A program made the translations under genes and the position numbers. Source: Malacoraja senta (taxonomy: Eukaryota). Taken from it: a DNA stretch of 64,000 nt. Each line of letters begins with the position of its first letter. Position 1 is the stretch's first letter. Location of the stretch: the NCBI GenBank assembly GCA_038087875.1, contig CM075998.1, positions 5,334,001 to 5,398,000 of the forward strand, read 5' to 3'. Under the pieces are notes generated by a model. It did no database searches. It was not told the origin of the DNA and saw only the letters and a program-made list of their open reading frames with translations. Below, piece by piece: positions 1-12,169 of the stretch.

Positions 1-25
1 ACGGGCAGCATCTCTGGAGAGAAGG

Positions 26-1096
26 CAGGCACGTGCCGTCAGCGTAGGCAAGGTAGGCAGTGCCTACCCTGACTAAAATTATAAAAAGGTAATTAGTAAA
101 TATAAAGAGAGAAGATTTCCAATTCATTTCCTATTGGCAACTTAATGCACAAAATGACATGCATCATTTATTAAACGGTTATTATTTTCATGATTTAATC
201 GATCTCTTGTGTAGGCATAACTCCCGTGCTTTAATCCGCAGTACATGTAACACGCGTCACTATGTGCAGCTTCAAGCCTTCACTTATAATGGACAATAAA
301 GGCGGCTGAAATTCTGCCTTTGCACCGTGGACCGCACGCATGTACGCCGTGGACTGCGCGCATGTACGCCGTGGACTGCGCGCATGTGTGCTGCGCATGT
401 GTTGGGCCTGTTATCTTGGTGTACAGTGTGTGTGAGTGTTACGTTGTCTCTCTGCTTTCCCCCCCATTTTATTTCAAAATGGAACCCTTTTTCAAACATG
501 GATAGTCATTATCTTAAGAGTTTTTCGAAACAATCTTATGAGGAAAAGACCAAAGTAATAAAAAATGGCAGACCAACGCCGGAACTTAAAGAACCTCAAC
601 AGCGCAAAGGAACAAATATAGTTGGGACATTTAAAACTGCTTGATACAACAGGAAAGAGTGGCTGTGCGGTTGTATTTCAACAAATAGACTGGTTTGTTT
701 CCCGTGCCTATTATTTTCTGTATCTAGTGGAACTGCTACAATTAATTTTAACAATTCCTGCTACAACAGGTTCTGATGAGAGATCATTTTTAGCTATGAA
801 AAGAATTAAAAGCTTCACCAGGAATAGAATGTCCAATGAAAGACTTTCGTCACTTGCTTTAATTTCTATTGAAAAGGAAAGATTCACTCAGTGGAGCAAA
901 GTCCCACTGCTAATTTCTATGAAAAAGTTATGGATATTTTTGCTGCAAACAAAGAGAGAAGACTGGAGTTTGTGTACAAATAATGTGGTATGTAAATTTA
1001 TTTTAAAAATATTTTCTTAAGAGATAAGGCTTTTGAAGACAAATTACTTTATAAAAGTCGACTGTACCCTGAGTAATTACTCACAGCACGTGCCTG
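26..1096 (+). mobile_element. Non-autonomous (internally deleted) hAT DNA transposon
   Basis: TIRs CAGGCACGTGC (26-36) and GCACGTGCCTG (1086-1096); perfect 8-bp TSD AGAGAAGG at 18-25 and 1097-1104; transposase remnants inside; 23-bp subterminal tandem repeats at about 324-388. Confidence 0.93.
498..1000 (+). pseudogene. hAT transposase remnant: N-terminal TTF-like zinc-finger piece joined to C-terminal dimerization domain
   Basis: MDSHYLKSF...GRPTPELK, then (past a stop) YNRKEWLCGC...LVCFPCLLF, joined directly to LILTIPATTGSDERSFLAMKRIKSFTRNRMSNERLSSLALISIEKE (hAT dimerization-type motif). The catalytic core is missing. Confidence 0.8.
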
Positions 1097-1286
1097 AGAG
1101 AAGGAATGGGTGACGTTTCAGGTCGAGACCCTTCTTCAGATCCTTCCGACACAAGTAATAAAGATGTTTCCCACTAGTTTAGTTTCAGAGATACAGTGCA
1201 GAAACAGGCCCTTCGGCCCATCGCGTCCGTGCCGACCAGCGATCCCTGCACATTAACACTATCCTACACACACACGGGACAATTTA

Positions 1287-1609
1287 GGGCAGCATGGTGG
1301 CGCAGCGGTAGAGTTGCTGTATTACAGCACTCGTAGTGCCAGAGATCCAGGTTCGAACACGACTACGGGTGCTGTCTGTACGGAGTTTGTACGTTCTCCC
1401 CGTGACCTGCATGGGTTTTCTCTGAGATCTTCGGTTTCCTCCCACACTCCAAAGACGTGCAGGTTTGTAGGTTAACTGGCTTGGTATAAATGTAAAATTG
1501 TCCCTTGTGTGTGTAGGATAGTGTCAGTGTGTGGGGATCGCTGGTCGGTCGTGGGACTCGATGGGCCGAAGGGTCTGTTTCCGCGCTGTATCTCGAAACT
1601 AAACTAAAC
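1287..1609 (+). mobile_element. HE1-like V-SINE (tRNA-derived)
   Basis: Pol III A box TGGCGCAGCGG, B box GGTTCGAAC, V-domain (GGAGTTTGTACGTTCTCCCCGTG...TTTCCTCCCACACTCCAAAGAC), CR1-like tail GGGCCGAAGGG..TGTTTCC, (AAACT)n end. Confidence 0.9.
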
Positions 1610-1879
1610 GTAAAATTTACAATTTTACAAAGACAATAAACCTACAATCCTTGCCGTCTTTGATGTAATCACGCAACACATCTCCTGTCGGTCTCATTTT
1701 AATCGCGAACCGCAATCTTTAAGTGACATTGAGGTTCATGAGGCAAGGATGTCGAATTGTCCTCGAGCAATGAGAAAGACCCATCAATTTCCCACTTGAT
1801 TGACAAGCACATTAACGCAACATGACAAATAAATGTACAATAATTCATAATGCAATAAACTATCAGCAATACCAGGATA

Positions 1880-2462
1880 AAGCTCGTCATGTCCCCAACA
1901 ACTCTCCCCAACTTCTACAGATGCGCCGCGGAAAGCATTTTATCGGGATGCATCGCAGCACGGTTTGGGAACAGCTCCATCCAACACCGCAAGAAATCGC
2001 AGAGAGTTGTGGACGCAGCCCGGGCCATCACATGAACCTACCTCCCTTCCTTCCATCGACTCCATCTACACCTCACGCTGCCTCGGCAAGGCCAGCAGCA
2101 TCATCAAGGACCAGTCTCACCCCGGCCACTCCCTCTTCTCCCCTCTCCCATCGGGCAAGAGGTACAGAAGTGTGAAAACAAACGCACACACACCTCCAGA
2201 TTCAGGGACAGTTTCTTCCCAGCTGTTATCAGGCAACTGAACCATCCTACCACCAACCTGATCTACTATCTACCTCATTGGTGACCCTTGTGCTATCTTT
2301 GATCGGACTTTACTGGCTCCACCTTGCACTAAACCTTATTCACGCTTTTCCCTTGATCACTGTGGATGGATCGATTGTAATCATGCATAGTCTTCCCGCT
2401 GACTGGTTAGCACACAACTAAAAGCTTTTCACTGTACCTCGGTACACGTGACAACAAACTAA
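1880..2462 (+). mobile_element. Rex/Babar-like LINE 3' fragment
   Basis: C-terminal motif SIYTSRCLGKASSIIKDQSHPGHSLFSPLPSGKRYRS; 3' UTR ending TTTCACTGTACCTCGGTACACGTGACAA. Confidence 0.75.
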
Positions 2463-2603
2463 GCTCACAACCAGCCCATAATAATGCACGCCCAGCTACT
2501 TAGTGCAAACTAAGCCAAGCCCATGGTGGTTTGGGGCTGAGGTAGGGTTGTGGTTAGAGTTGTGCAGGGTGGTTGAAGAGCCTGATAGTTGATGGGAAAA
2601 AGC

Positions 2604-2912
2604 TTAGTTTAGCTCAGAGATACAACACGGAAACAGGCCCTTCGGCCCACCGAGTCCGCGCCGACCAGCGATCCCCGCATACACTAACGCTATCCTACAC
2701 ACACTAGCGACAATTTACAATTTTACCGAAGCCAATTAACCTATAAACCTGTATGTCTTTGGAGTGTGGGAGGAAACCGGAGCACCCGGAGAAAACCCAC
2801 GCGGGTCACCGGGAGAACGTACAAACTCCGTTCAGACAGCACCGGTGGACAGGATGGAACCCGGGTCTTTGGCGCTGTGTGGCAGCAACTCTACCGCTGC
2901 GCCACCGCGCCG
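2604..2912 (-). mobile_element. HE1-like V-SINE
   Basis: Full-length reverse-complement copy of the SINE at 1287. Confidence 0.9.
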
Positions 2913-3487
2913 CCAATCTGCGGAGGGAAATGGACAGACAGCGTGGGGACCCTTCTTCAGACTGAAGATATTACGTGTTGGGACCCTTCTTCAGATGGAT
3001 AAATGAGAAAGGGTACGCTATGTGGACCAGCAAGAGATCAAATGAGTTGTCCGCCTCAGGATTCCTTTCCCTTTTACAGAAGTTTCCATTTAATGAAATG
3101 ATCCGTCAAGCCCGGTTCAACAAGTGATTCTTTCCCTGGGCCGGGGTCCATGGAGCTCCGCAGCTGATTAAGTGCTAAGTTAACAGAGACAGCTTGTTAC
3201 CCCCGAGATTTCATCTCTCCCCATCAAAATGAACGCATCTTGTCAACATCAAACACGGGGGAAGAAGGATGGATTTACTGATCAAGGGTTTCCAGCAAGA
3301 AGGCCAGGAAGTAATAGCCACATGGCTTTGCAGGAAGTTTGCTGATTGCAAATAAGGAACTCCTGGCCTGTTATTTCCCAATCAACACCCCCAGTGTGAG
3401 GGCATCTCTCAAGGGGACAGCTTGATTGGATGGCCTGTTGTCTTTCTATTAACTTCCATTTCTATCACTCCTAGAAATCCACTACAG

Positions 3488-3800
3488 TTCATAAGTTCAG
3501 GTTCTAAGAGCAGAATGAGGCCACTCAGCACATCAAGTCTACTCCACCATTCAAACGTGGCTGATCTACCTCTCCCTCTCAACCCCAATCTCCCCGTAAA
3601 CCGTGACACCCTTACTAATCAAGAATCTGTCAATCTCCGCCTTAAAGATAACCATTGACTTGGCCTCCACAGCCGTCTGTGGCAATGAATTCCACAGATT
3701 CACCATCCTCTGACTCAAGAAATTCCTCCTCATCTCCTATCTAAAGGTACATCCTTTTATTCTGAGGCTGTGCCCTCTGGTTCCAAACTCTGCCACTAGA
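3488..3800 (-). mobile_element. CR1-clade LINE 3' fragment
   Basis: Reverse complement of the CR1 ORF2 end (RVVNLWNSLP-type) and 3' UTR. Confidence 0.8.
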
Positions 3801-3865
3801 GTCATAGAGTTCAACAGCATGAAAACAGGCCGGCACAACTTGCCCACACCGACCAACAGGGTGCT

Positions 3866-4240
3866 GCAGTAACTCAGCGGGTCAGGCAGAATCTCTGGAG
3901 AACATGGATAGGTGACGTTTCACAGAGTGCTGGAGTAACTCAGCGGGTCAGGCAGCATCTGTGGAGAACATGGATAGGTGACGTTTCACAGAGTGCTGGA
4001 GTAACTCAGCGGGTCAGGCAGCATCTGTGGAGAACATGGATAGGTGACGTTTCACAGAGTGCTGGAGTAACTCAGCGGGTCAGGCAGCATCTGTGGGAGA
4101 ACATGGATAGGTGACGTTTCACAGAGTGCTGGAGTAACTCAGCGGGTCAGGCAGCATCTGTGGAGAACATGGATAGGTGACGTTTCACAGAGTGCTGGAG
4201 TAACTCAGCGGGTCAGGCAGCATCTGTGGGGAACATGGAT
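3866..4240. repeat. 66-bp tandem array (about 5.5 units), Penelope-terminal-repeat derived
   Basis: Unit GAGAACATGGATAGGTGACGTTTCACAGAGTGCTGGAGTAACTCAGCGGGTCAGGCAGCATCTGTG repeated with period 66. Confidence 0.95.
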
Positions 4241-4683
4241 CGATCGAGTTTTAGATCAAGAACCTTCTTCTGACCAAATATGCCAATGCTGTCTGATACA
4301 TAAAGAAAAATTGAGTTGAATGAGTTATTATTTTAGGATTGTATTGGTGATGTAAGACATAGTGTTCATAAGATCATAAGAGATAGGAGCAGAATTGGGC
4401 CATTCGCCCATCAAGTCTACTCCACCATTCAATCATGGCTGATCTATCTCTCCCTCCTAACCCCATTCTCCTGCTTTCTACCCATAACCCCTGACACCCG
4501 GACTGATCAAAGTGTAAAGTAGAATCAGTTTGAAAGAACTGACAGTATCTTGGGTGGATCAGGTGATAATGGATATTCGCACCCGAGTATCTGTGTTATT
4601 GGAGCAAAACACAGAGTGCTGGAAGAACTCAGCGGGTCAGGCAGCATCTGTTTAGGGAACAGATTAGGGCGTTTAGCGCAGTG

Positions 4684-5160
4684 GGGCGGCACAGTGGTGC
4701 AGCGGTAGAATTGGTACCTTTCAGCGCCAGAGACTCATGTTTGATCCTGACTAGAGGTGCTGTCTGTATGGAGTTTGCACGTTCTCCCCGTGATCGCGTG
4801 GGTTTACTCCGGGTGCTCCGGTTTCCTCCCACGCTCCGGTTTGTAGGTTAATTGGCTTCTGGAAAATTGTCCCGAATGTGGATTGTGGATGTATGGAACA
4901 GGCTGCCAGAGGAGGCAGGGACTATCCAGACATTTAAGAAACAGTTAGACAGGTACATGGATAGGAAGGTTTGGAGGGATATGGACCAAACGCGGGCAGT
5001 GGGACTAGTGTAGCTGGGACATGTTGGGCAAGTTGGGCCTGTTTCCACACTGTATCACTCTATGACTCTATGTGTGGGATAGAACTAGTGTATGGGTGAT
5101 TGTTGGTCGATGTCGACAACAGCGGGATGAAGGGCCTGTTTCCGTGCTGTATTTAAGCTA
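4684..5160 (+). mobile_element. HE1-like V-SINE interrupted by a CR1 3' fragment (about 4883-5070)
   Basis: SINE head and V-domain 4684-4880, CR1 tail ending (ACTCTATG)n, SINE tail resumes at about 5071. Confidence 0.8.
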
Positions 5161-5361
5161 ATCTGGACCCGAGTGCCCATGTTATATGAGCAAAACACAA
5201 AGTGCTGGACGACGTCAATGTGTCAGGCAGCATCTATAGAGGCAATGGCCAGGTGATGTTTTGGGCCTGTCCATTCTCACCACAGATGCTGCCTGACCCG
5301 TGGCGTTCCTCGGGCACTTTGTGTTTTTGCTCATGATTCCAATCATCTGCGGTCCCCATGC

Positions 5362-5375
5362 GTTGCCAAGGCAAC
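5362..5375. promoter_or_regulatory. Canonical RFX X-box motif
   Basis: GTTGCCAAGGCAAC = GTTGCC-N2-GGCAAC, perfect inverted half-sites, at the start of a repeat-free GC-rich stretch. Function not shown. Confidence 0.4.
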
Positions 5376-5940
5376 CGAAACTCGGTCAAGGAGGCAGACA
5401 TGATGGAACTTCTCGGAAGAAGGTAGGGCGGTAAGGAGCGGTGACGTTTGCACGGGGGGGGGGATTCATGACTTCAGGGTCTAGGCAGCTGAGCGAGCGG
5501 AATTGGGGGGACGCGGATGCGTTGTAGGTCTGTCGCAGTGCGGTTTATGGTGATGGCCCCAGGTGGAGCAAGGACATGGGCTGGGTTGTTAATGAAGAGT
5601 ATTCTTAAATCATCGACACACAGAACTAATGCAGGTGACCAAGCACAGAGGTCAGGGTGAACATGATTTAGACACAGGCAACACAAATTGTGATGGAGTG
5701 CAAGTAGATGTCGGACTGGGCAAGAAACCATTGGATCTCAAGTAAAGACGAGCGGAACCAGGGTTTTCAGCAGCAAGGCTGGAGAGGGAACTCTTATACA
5801 GAGGCACGACGTTACTGTGTAGGAAGGAACTGCAGTTGCTGGCTTAAACCGAAGATAGACACAAAGTGCTGGAGTAACTCAGCGGGACAGGCAGCACCTC
5901 TGGGGAATCGACCCGAAACGTCACAAAAAATGTTCCTTCT

Positions 5941-6832
5941 CTCCAGAGATGCTGCCTGACCCGCTGAGTTACTCCAGCACTCTGTGAAACGTCGCCTATC
6001 CATGTTCTCCACAGATGCTGCCTGACCCGCTGAGTTACTCCAGCACTCTGTGAAACGTCACCTATCCATGTTCTCCAGAGATGCTGCCTGACCCGCTGAG
6101 TTACTCCAGCACTCTGTGAAACGTCACCTATCCATGTTCTCCAGAGATGCTGCCTGGACCCGCTGAGTTACTCCAGCACTCTGTGAAACGTCGCCTATCC
6201 ATGTTCTCCACAGATGCTGCCTGGCCCGCTGAGTTACTCCAGCACTCTGTGAAACGTCACCTATCCATGTTCTCCAGAGATGCTGCCTGACCCGCTGAGT
6301 TACTCCAGCACTCTGTGAAACGTCACCTATCCATGTACTCCACAGATGCTGCCTGACCCGCTGAGTTATCCAGCACTCTGTGAATCGTCACCTATCCATG
6401 TTCTCCACAGATGCTGCCTGACCCGCTGAGTTACTCCAGCACTCTGTGAATCGTCACCTATCCATGGTCTCAGATGCTGCCTGACCCGCTGAGTTACTCC
6501 AGCACTCTGGGAAACGTCACCTATCCATGTTCCGGCAGCATCTATGGAGCGAAGGAAATAGGCAACGTTTCGGCCCGAAACCCTTCCGGGTTTCGGCCCG
6601 AAACGTTGCCTATTTCCTTCAGGGTTTCGGCCCGAAAGGTTGCCCATTTCCTTCGCTCCACAGATGCTGCCTGACCCGCTGAGTTACTCCAGCACTCTGT
6701 GAAACGTCACCTATCCATGTTCTCCACAGATGCTGCCTGACCCGCTGAGTTACTCCAGCACTCTGTGAATCGTCACCTATCCATGTTCTCCACAGATGCT
6801 GCCTGACCCGCTGAGTTACTCCAGCACTCTGT
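5941..6832. repeat. 66-bp tandem array (opposite orientation) with palindromic cassette at about 6533-6662
   Basis: About 11 units of AGATGCTGCCTGACCCGCTGAGTTACTCCAGCACTCTGTGAAACGTCACCTATCCATGTTCTCCAC, plus the cassette. Confidence 0.95.
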
Positions 6833-7206
6833 CTCCATCTTCAGCATAAAGTTGCTGTTCATTGTTAACAATGAATTCAGTGAAAAGCCTGGACAATAAA
6901 TAGTTCACTGCTGACTCGTTAACACAAAGTAAAACACAAAGTGCTGGAAGACCTCAACGGATCAGGCAGCATCTGTGAGTGGAATGGACAGAGGATTCAA
7001 GAACTTAGGGTGCAGAGAGGAACTGCATATAGCACATAATCCTCTAACATTATTGCCGCCTCCAACGGGATCGCCCCCCAGGTCTGGAGTTGCCCTCTTT
7101 AGCAGAAGGCCAGAGTGGAAGTGAAAGAGACATCAACAGTTTAAAACTGTGAAGACTAGTAAGCTGCAGACACTTCCAAAACAAAATCTGACCATATACA
7201 AAGACA

Positions 7207-7406
7207 NNNNNNNNNNNNNNNNNNNNNNNNNNNNNNNNNNNNNNNNNNNNNNNNNNNNNNNNNNNNNNNNNNNNNNNNNNNNNNNNNNNNNNNNNNNNNN
7301 NNNNNNNNNNNNNNNNNNNNNNNNNNNNNNNNNNNNNNNNNNNNNNNNNNNNNNNNNNNNNNNNNNNNNNNNNNNNNNNNNNNNNNNNNNNNNNNNNNNN
7401 NNNNNN
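7207..7406. other. Assembly gap (200 N)
   Basis: Run of N. Confidence 1.
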
Positions 7407-7543
7407 ACCTTATCGCCACATTTAATTCTGTCCTCAACCATTTACGCTACTAATACAAAGAGTGTCGCAACTTTGGGAATTTGGAGACGAACAAGGGCGA
7501 GAATGGTTTATGCATTTACAGATCTTCCTGTTTACCCCAGTAC

Positions 7544-7673
7544 CTGAGTCTTCAAAAGTTCTTCCTTGACATCATTCCCATCCTTCCAGCCTGGCGAGGA
7601 AATCAAACTCCTGGGGAGTAGTGGGAAAATGATTTTCCCGAAGTCATTCCAAGTTTGGGATTGAGTCGGACTC
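7544..7673 (-). other. Candidate internal exon of an unidentified gene (130 nt)
   Basis: Acceptor TCTTGTTTTCCCATTATGGGCAG, donor CAG|GTACTG, one open frame SPTQSQTWNDFGKIIFPLLPRSLISSPGWKDGNDVKEELLKTQ. No homolog recognised; could be chance. Confidence 0.25.
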
Positions 7674-8437
7674 CTGCCCATAATGGGAAAACAAGATCCA
7701 AACTCTCACTCAGTCAGAAGCAAGGCGTCGAATCAATCAGTGGCGTGCTGGATTGGGAGCAGTCTCTTGAGCAGACCCAGCATTGTGTGCTGTGTGGGCC
7801 AGGACACACTCTCTTAAAGGGGCAGGACCAGTACAAAGGAACTTCGCCTCATTTGAGGTGGAGCACAGACAAATGATAGGAAGGAAACGAGTGGTTGCTT
7901 CGAGGAGTCATATTCTTAGATGTTGGATGTTTCAGAGCTGATTGGGAAAGTTAATTAATGTTAAGCACATGGGTAATGTTTATAGTGTCTGGAATCTGTA
8001 AAGGAAATCAGGAACTGCTTGGAGATTTATTAAAAGCATTTAATGTCATCTCTTTACTGTTCTGTCCAGGGTGATGTCTTCTGTCACTCCCTCGTTTTGG
8101 GTTCTCGGATTCACTGCAATTAGTGCAAGTGCAAGGAGTTGTGAGCATCGGTCTACACAGCTTGATGCTTGCAGTCGGGCTCGTAAATAAGGGACAGCAC
8201 CATTAGCCACAGGATGTCCCCTCATCGGAGTCTGTGGAATTTCAGAAAATATTCAACCAGTCAGGGTGACCTCATTATCCGGGAGCTAGTGAGTTATGTG
8301 GGTCAGGTCACAAATGGAACCTCTCTGCACCCTCTGGACTCCATTAAGATATTCCACTCTCTTCACTCCCCCCAATTTGAAACCGTTTGCACGAAACATT
8401 TTGTTTCCTGTGATCCACCAGCCTCTGGCGATAATTA

Positions 8438-8748
8438 GACAGTTTAGAGGCACAGCGTGGAAACAGGTCCTTCAGCCCACCGAGTCCGCACCGACCAGTG
8501 ACCCCCCCCCCCACCGCACACTAACACTATCCTGCACATTAGGGACAAATTTACAATTTCACAGAAGCCAATTAACCTACAAACCTGCACAGCTTTGGAG
8601 TGTGGGAGGAAACCGGAGCACCCGCAGAAAACCCATGCAATTCACGGGGAGAACGTGCAAACTCCGAACAGACAGCACCCCCACGCCAGGGTTGAATCCC
8701 GGGCCTCTGGCACTGTGAGGCAGCAACTCTACCGCTGCACCACTGAGC
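8438..8748 (-). mobile_element. HE1-like V-SINE
   Basis: Reverse-complement SINE head, V-domain and tail. Confidence 0.88.
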
Positions 8749-9900
8749 CGTCTGGGGCAATGAATTCCACACATTCACCAACCTCTAGTTAAAGAGATTC
8801 TTCGTCATCTCCTTTCTAAAGGTACATCCTTTTATTCTGAGGTTGTGCCCTCTGGTCCTAGATTCTCCCACTAGTGGAAACATCCTCTCCACATCCACTC
8901 TATCCAGGCCTTTCACTATTCAGTAAGTTTCAATGAGGTCCCCCCTCATCCTTCTAAACTCCAACGAGTACAGGCCCAGTGCTGTCAAACGCTCATCATA
9001 TGTTAACCCACTCATTCCTGGGATCATTCTCGTAAACCTCCTCTGGACCCTCTCCAGAGCCAGCACATCCTTCCTCGGATATGGGGCCCAAAACTGCTCA
9101 CAATACTCCAAATGCAGTTTGAACAGCACCTTATAGAGCCTCAGCATTTATTTTCTGGTCCTCTTGAAATGAACGCTAACATTGAATTTGCTTTATTTAC
9201 TACCAATTCAACCTGCAAATTAACCTTTTGATTCACCACAGATTCACAACTCTCTGGGTGAAGAAGTTTTTCCTCATCTCAGTCCTAAATGGCCTGCCCT
9301 TATTCTTAAACTGTGACCCCCTGGTTCTGGACTCCCCCAACATCGGGAACATTTTTCCTGCATCTAGCCTGTCCAATCCTTTAAGAATGTTATATGTTTC
9401 TATAAGATCCCCTCTCACCCTTCTAAACTCCAGTGAATACAAGCCCAGTCGACCCATTCTTTCATCAAATGTCACAGTACCAAAGTGCATGACTCCACAC
9501 TTTGCCACACTGGTTTTCAGCTGCCACTTATCTGCCCACTTTCCCATTCTTTCATCATGTGTAACATTTGCAATTTTCCAGTCCTCTGGGACCACACTAG
9601 TGATTCTTGAAAGATTACTACTAATGCTCTTGACATTCTCTAAAGCCGCCTCTTTCAGAACCCTGTGGTGCAGTCCAACTGGTCCAAGTTCAGATCGTAC
9701 ACTTATCCACCTTTAGCCCTTTCAACTTTCCCAAGCACCTTCTCCTTTCCCAAGCACCTTCTCCTTAGAAGTAGCAACTCCACTAACTTCCACTCCCTGA
9801 TGCTCGTGAATTTCTGGCACGTTGCTGGTGTCTTCCTCTGTGAAGACTCAAAAAAGTTATTCATCTCCTCTGCCATTTCTTTATTCCCTTCTCCAGTGCA
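8749..9900 (-). mobile_element. CR1-clade LINE fragments (several abutting pieces)
   Basis: ORFs 8920-9147 (LHLEYCEQFWAPY..LERVQRRFTRMIPG) and 9233-9595 (VPEDWKIANVT; WADKWQL; RVVNLW) are CR1 ORF2 motifs. Confidence 0.85.
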
Positions 9901-9989
9901 TTTGGATCATCATTGCTTTTTGCATATCTTTCATTCATTTGTTCTATATCTCTCCACATCACCCGTCATATCTCTTGTTTCCCTCTGGT

Positions 9990-10265
9990 CTACGAAGTGT
10001 ACAAAATCATGAGAGGAATAGATCGGGTAGACACACAGAGTCTCTTGCCCAGAGTAGGGGAATCGAGGACCAGAGGATATAGGTTTAAGGTGAAGGGGAA
10101 AAGATTTAATAGGAATCTGAGGGGTAACTTTTTCCACGCAGATGGTGGTGGGTGTATGGAACAAGCTGCCAGAGGAGGTAGTTGAGGCTGGGACTATCCC
10201 AACATTTAAGAAACAGTTGGACAGGTACATGGATAGGACAGGTTTGGAGGGATATGGATCCAACA
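9990..10265 (+). mobile_element. CR1-clade LINE 3' fragment
   Basis: EVYKIMRGIDRVD..SRTRG..RNLRGNFF motif. Confidence 0.85.
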
Positions 10266-10573
10266 CCATGTAGGTTTAGTCGTAGTAGGTCGTAGTAGGT
10301 CGGCATGTTAGTCGTAGGTAATCAAGGGTAGTCGAAGGTAGTCGTAGATAGTCTTCAACATAGTCGAAGGGAGATCGAAGGAGGTCGTCTTCACTCTCCA
10401 TTATTCGGTGTCCAATTTTCCCGAAGTTAGTCGTAGCTAGTCGTAGCTAATCGAACCTGGTCTTCAACATAGTCGAAGGGGGTCGAAGGAGGTCTTCAAC
10501 ATGACATTTTTTCAAAACTCTTCTAAACTCTTCTAAACTCGCCAATTCGGTTGCCCAAGTGTGGCAGCCCCTT
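10266..10573. mobile_element. Partial Harbinger-like MITE (right end only)
   Basis: Internal GTCGTAG/GTCGAAG repeats; ends AAGTGTGGCAGCCCCTT, resembling the AAGTGGGACAGGCCCTT end of the MITE at 26824-27243. Confidence 0.6.
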
Positions 10574-10600
10574 TACCTTTTCGTTTCCATTTATTTATTT

Positions 10601-10901
10601 TTAGTTTAGTTTGGAGATACAGCGTGGAAACAGGCCCTTCGGCCCACCGAGGCCGTGCTGACCAGCGATTCACCCCGTACACTAGTTCTATCCTACACAC
10701 TAGGGACAATTTACAGAAGCCAATTAACCTACACTCCTGCACACCTTTAGAGTGTGGTAGGAAACCAGAGCACCCGGAGTAAACCCACGCAGTCACAGGG
10801 AGAACGTACAAACTCCGTACAGACAGGACGCGTAGTCATGATCGAACCCGGGTCTCTGGCGCTGTGAGACAGCAACCATATTGCTGCGCCACCGTGCTGC
10901 C
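10601..10901 (-). mobile_element. HE1-like V-SINE
   Basis: Full reverse-complement copy. Confidence 0.88.
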
Positions 10902-10974
10902 CCAATTTTTAATTTATTCCCAGTTTTACTTTTACCTTTCACCCCACAAGCCTCCACATCCATCATTTGTACAT

Positions 10975-11310
10975 CAGTCCAAAGATGGGTCTCGACCCGA
11001 AAAGTCACCTATTCCATTTTTCCAGAGAAACGTCACCTATTCCCTTTTCTCCAGAGTAGCTGTCTGACCCGCTGAGTCACTCCAGCATTTTGTGTCTATT
11101 TTCGGTTTAAACCAGCATCTGCAGTTTCTTCCTACACATCAGTCTGAAGAAGGGTCTCGACCCAAAACGTCATCTATTGCTTTTCTCCAGAGATGCTGTC
11201 TGACCCGCTGAGTTACTCCAGCATTTTGTGTCTATCTTCATTCTCCGACATTTCCGTCACCTCCAAGATGATCCACCACCCGTCTTCCCATCTCCACCCC
11301 TTGTCTCTAC
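10975..11310 (+). mobile_element. Two tandem Penelope-type terminal repeats plus short RT remnant
   Basis: Two copies of CAGTCTGAAGAAGGGTCTCGACCC.AAA..TCA.CTATT...CTCCAGCATTTTGTGTCTAT, as found 3' of the GIY-YIG fragment at 22460. Confidence 0.7.
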
Positions 11311-11559
11311 CCTAACATTAGTTTTGGCCCACTAGGTGGTCAACAGTTTTATGGCTTTCAAACGTCTTTACATTCAAAAGGCATGGTATCCTTCATGCTT
11401 TTTGAAGTGAGAATAGTTCACAAGAAGTTGAACCAAGTTGGTTCACCGATACTGGACTGATGCAACAGCATTTCGTGTGGAGCCTGGTAGTACAGAGGCC
11501 ATCTTCTCAATCCCCTCAACTGCATGCCTGAGAAATTGCAGCCAGTATTCCTCCATGAA

Positions 11560-12060
11560 TCGCAGCGAATTGGTGGACGCAGCCCAGACCGTCACACACA
11601 AAACCAAACCGCCCTTCCATTGACTCCATCTACACCTCACGCTGCCTCGGCAAGGCCAGCAGCATCATCACGGACCAGTCTCACCCCCGGCCACTCCCTC
11701 CTCTCCGGTCTCCCATCGGGCCAGAGGTACAGAAGTGTGAAAACAAACGCACGCACACCTCCAGAATCAGGGACAGTTTCTTCCCGGCTGTTATCAGGCA
11801 ACTGAACCATCCTACCACGACCAGTGAGACATCCTGAACTACTATCTGCCTCATTGTGGAGACCCTTGGACTATCCTTGATTGGACTTTATCTTGCACTA
11901 AATGTTATTCTCGTTATTCCCTCATCATGTATCTGTACACTGTGGATGGATCGACTGTAATCATGTATTGTCTTTCCGCTGACTGGTTAGCAGGCAACAA
12001 AAGCTTTTCACTGTACCTCGGTACACGTGACAATAAACTCAACTCAACTAAACTGAACTA
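11560..12060 (+). mobile_element. Rex/Babar-like LINE 3' fragment
   Basis: Same C-terminal motif and 3' tail as 1880-2462. Confidence 0.75.
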
Positions 12061-12169
12061 CTTGATGCCTCCACTGTGTGTATTTTTGCAGATTCCAACC
12101 CTCCAGCAGTACTTGGAAAGAATAGGGGATGTCGATGAGGCTGTACCCAGTACGAAAGGGGATGTCGAT

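Noticed and set aside
1287..1370. tRNA genes at the SINE heads
   Set aside because: A and B boxes are present, but each runs into the V-domain and a LINE-derived tail with no complete cloverleaf.
2538..2556. let-7-like sequence TGAGGTAGGGTTGTGGTT
   Set aside because: It is shorter than and differs from mature let-7, I see no complementary star arm, and it lies in what looks like a decayed LINE tail.
5941..6832. CRISPR array interpretation of the regular 66-bp repeats
   Set aside because: Units are contiguous and near-identical with no unique spacers, there are no cas genes, and the context is vertebrate.
7133..7547. ORFs spanning N runs (also 52228-52768)
   Set aside because: Artefacts of the assembly gaps.
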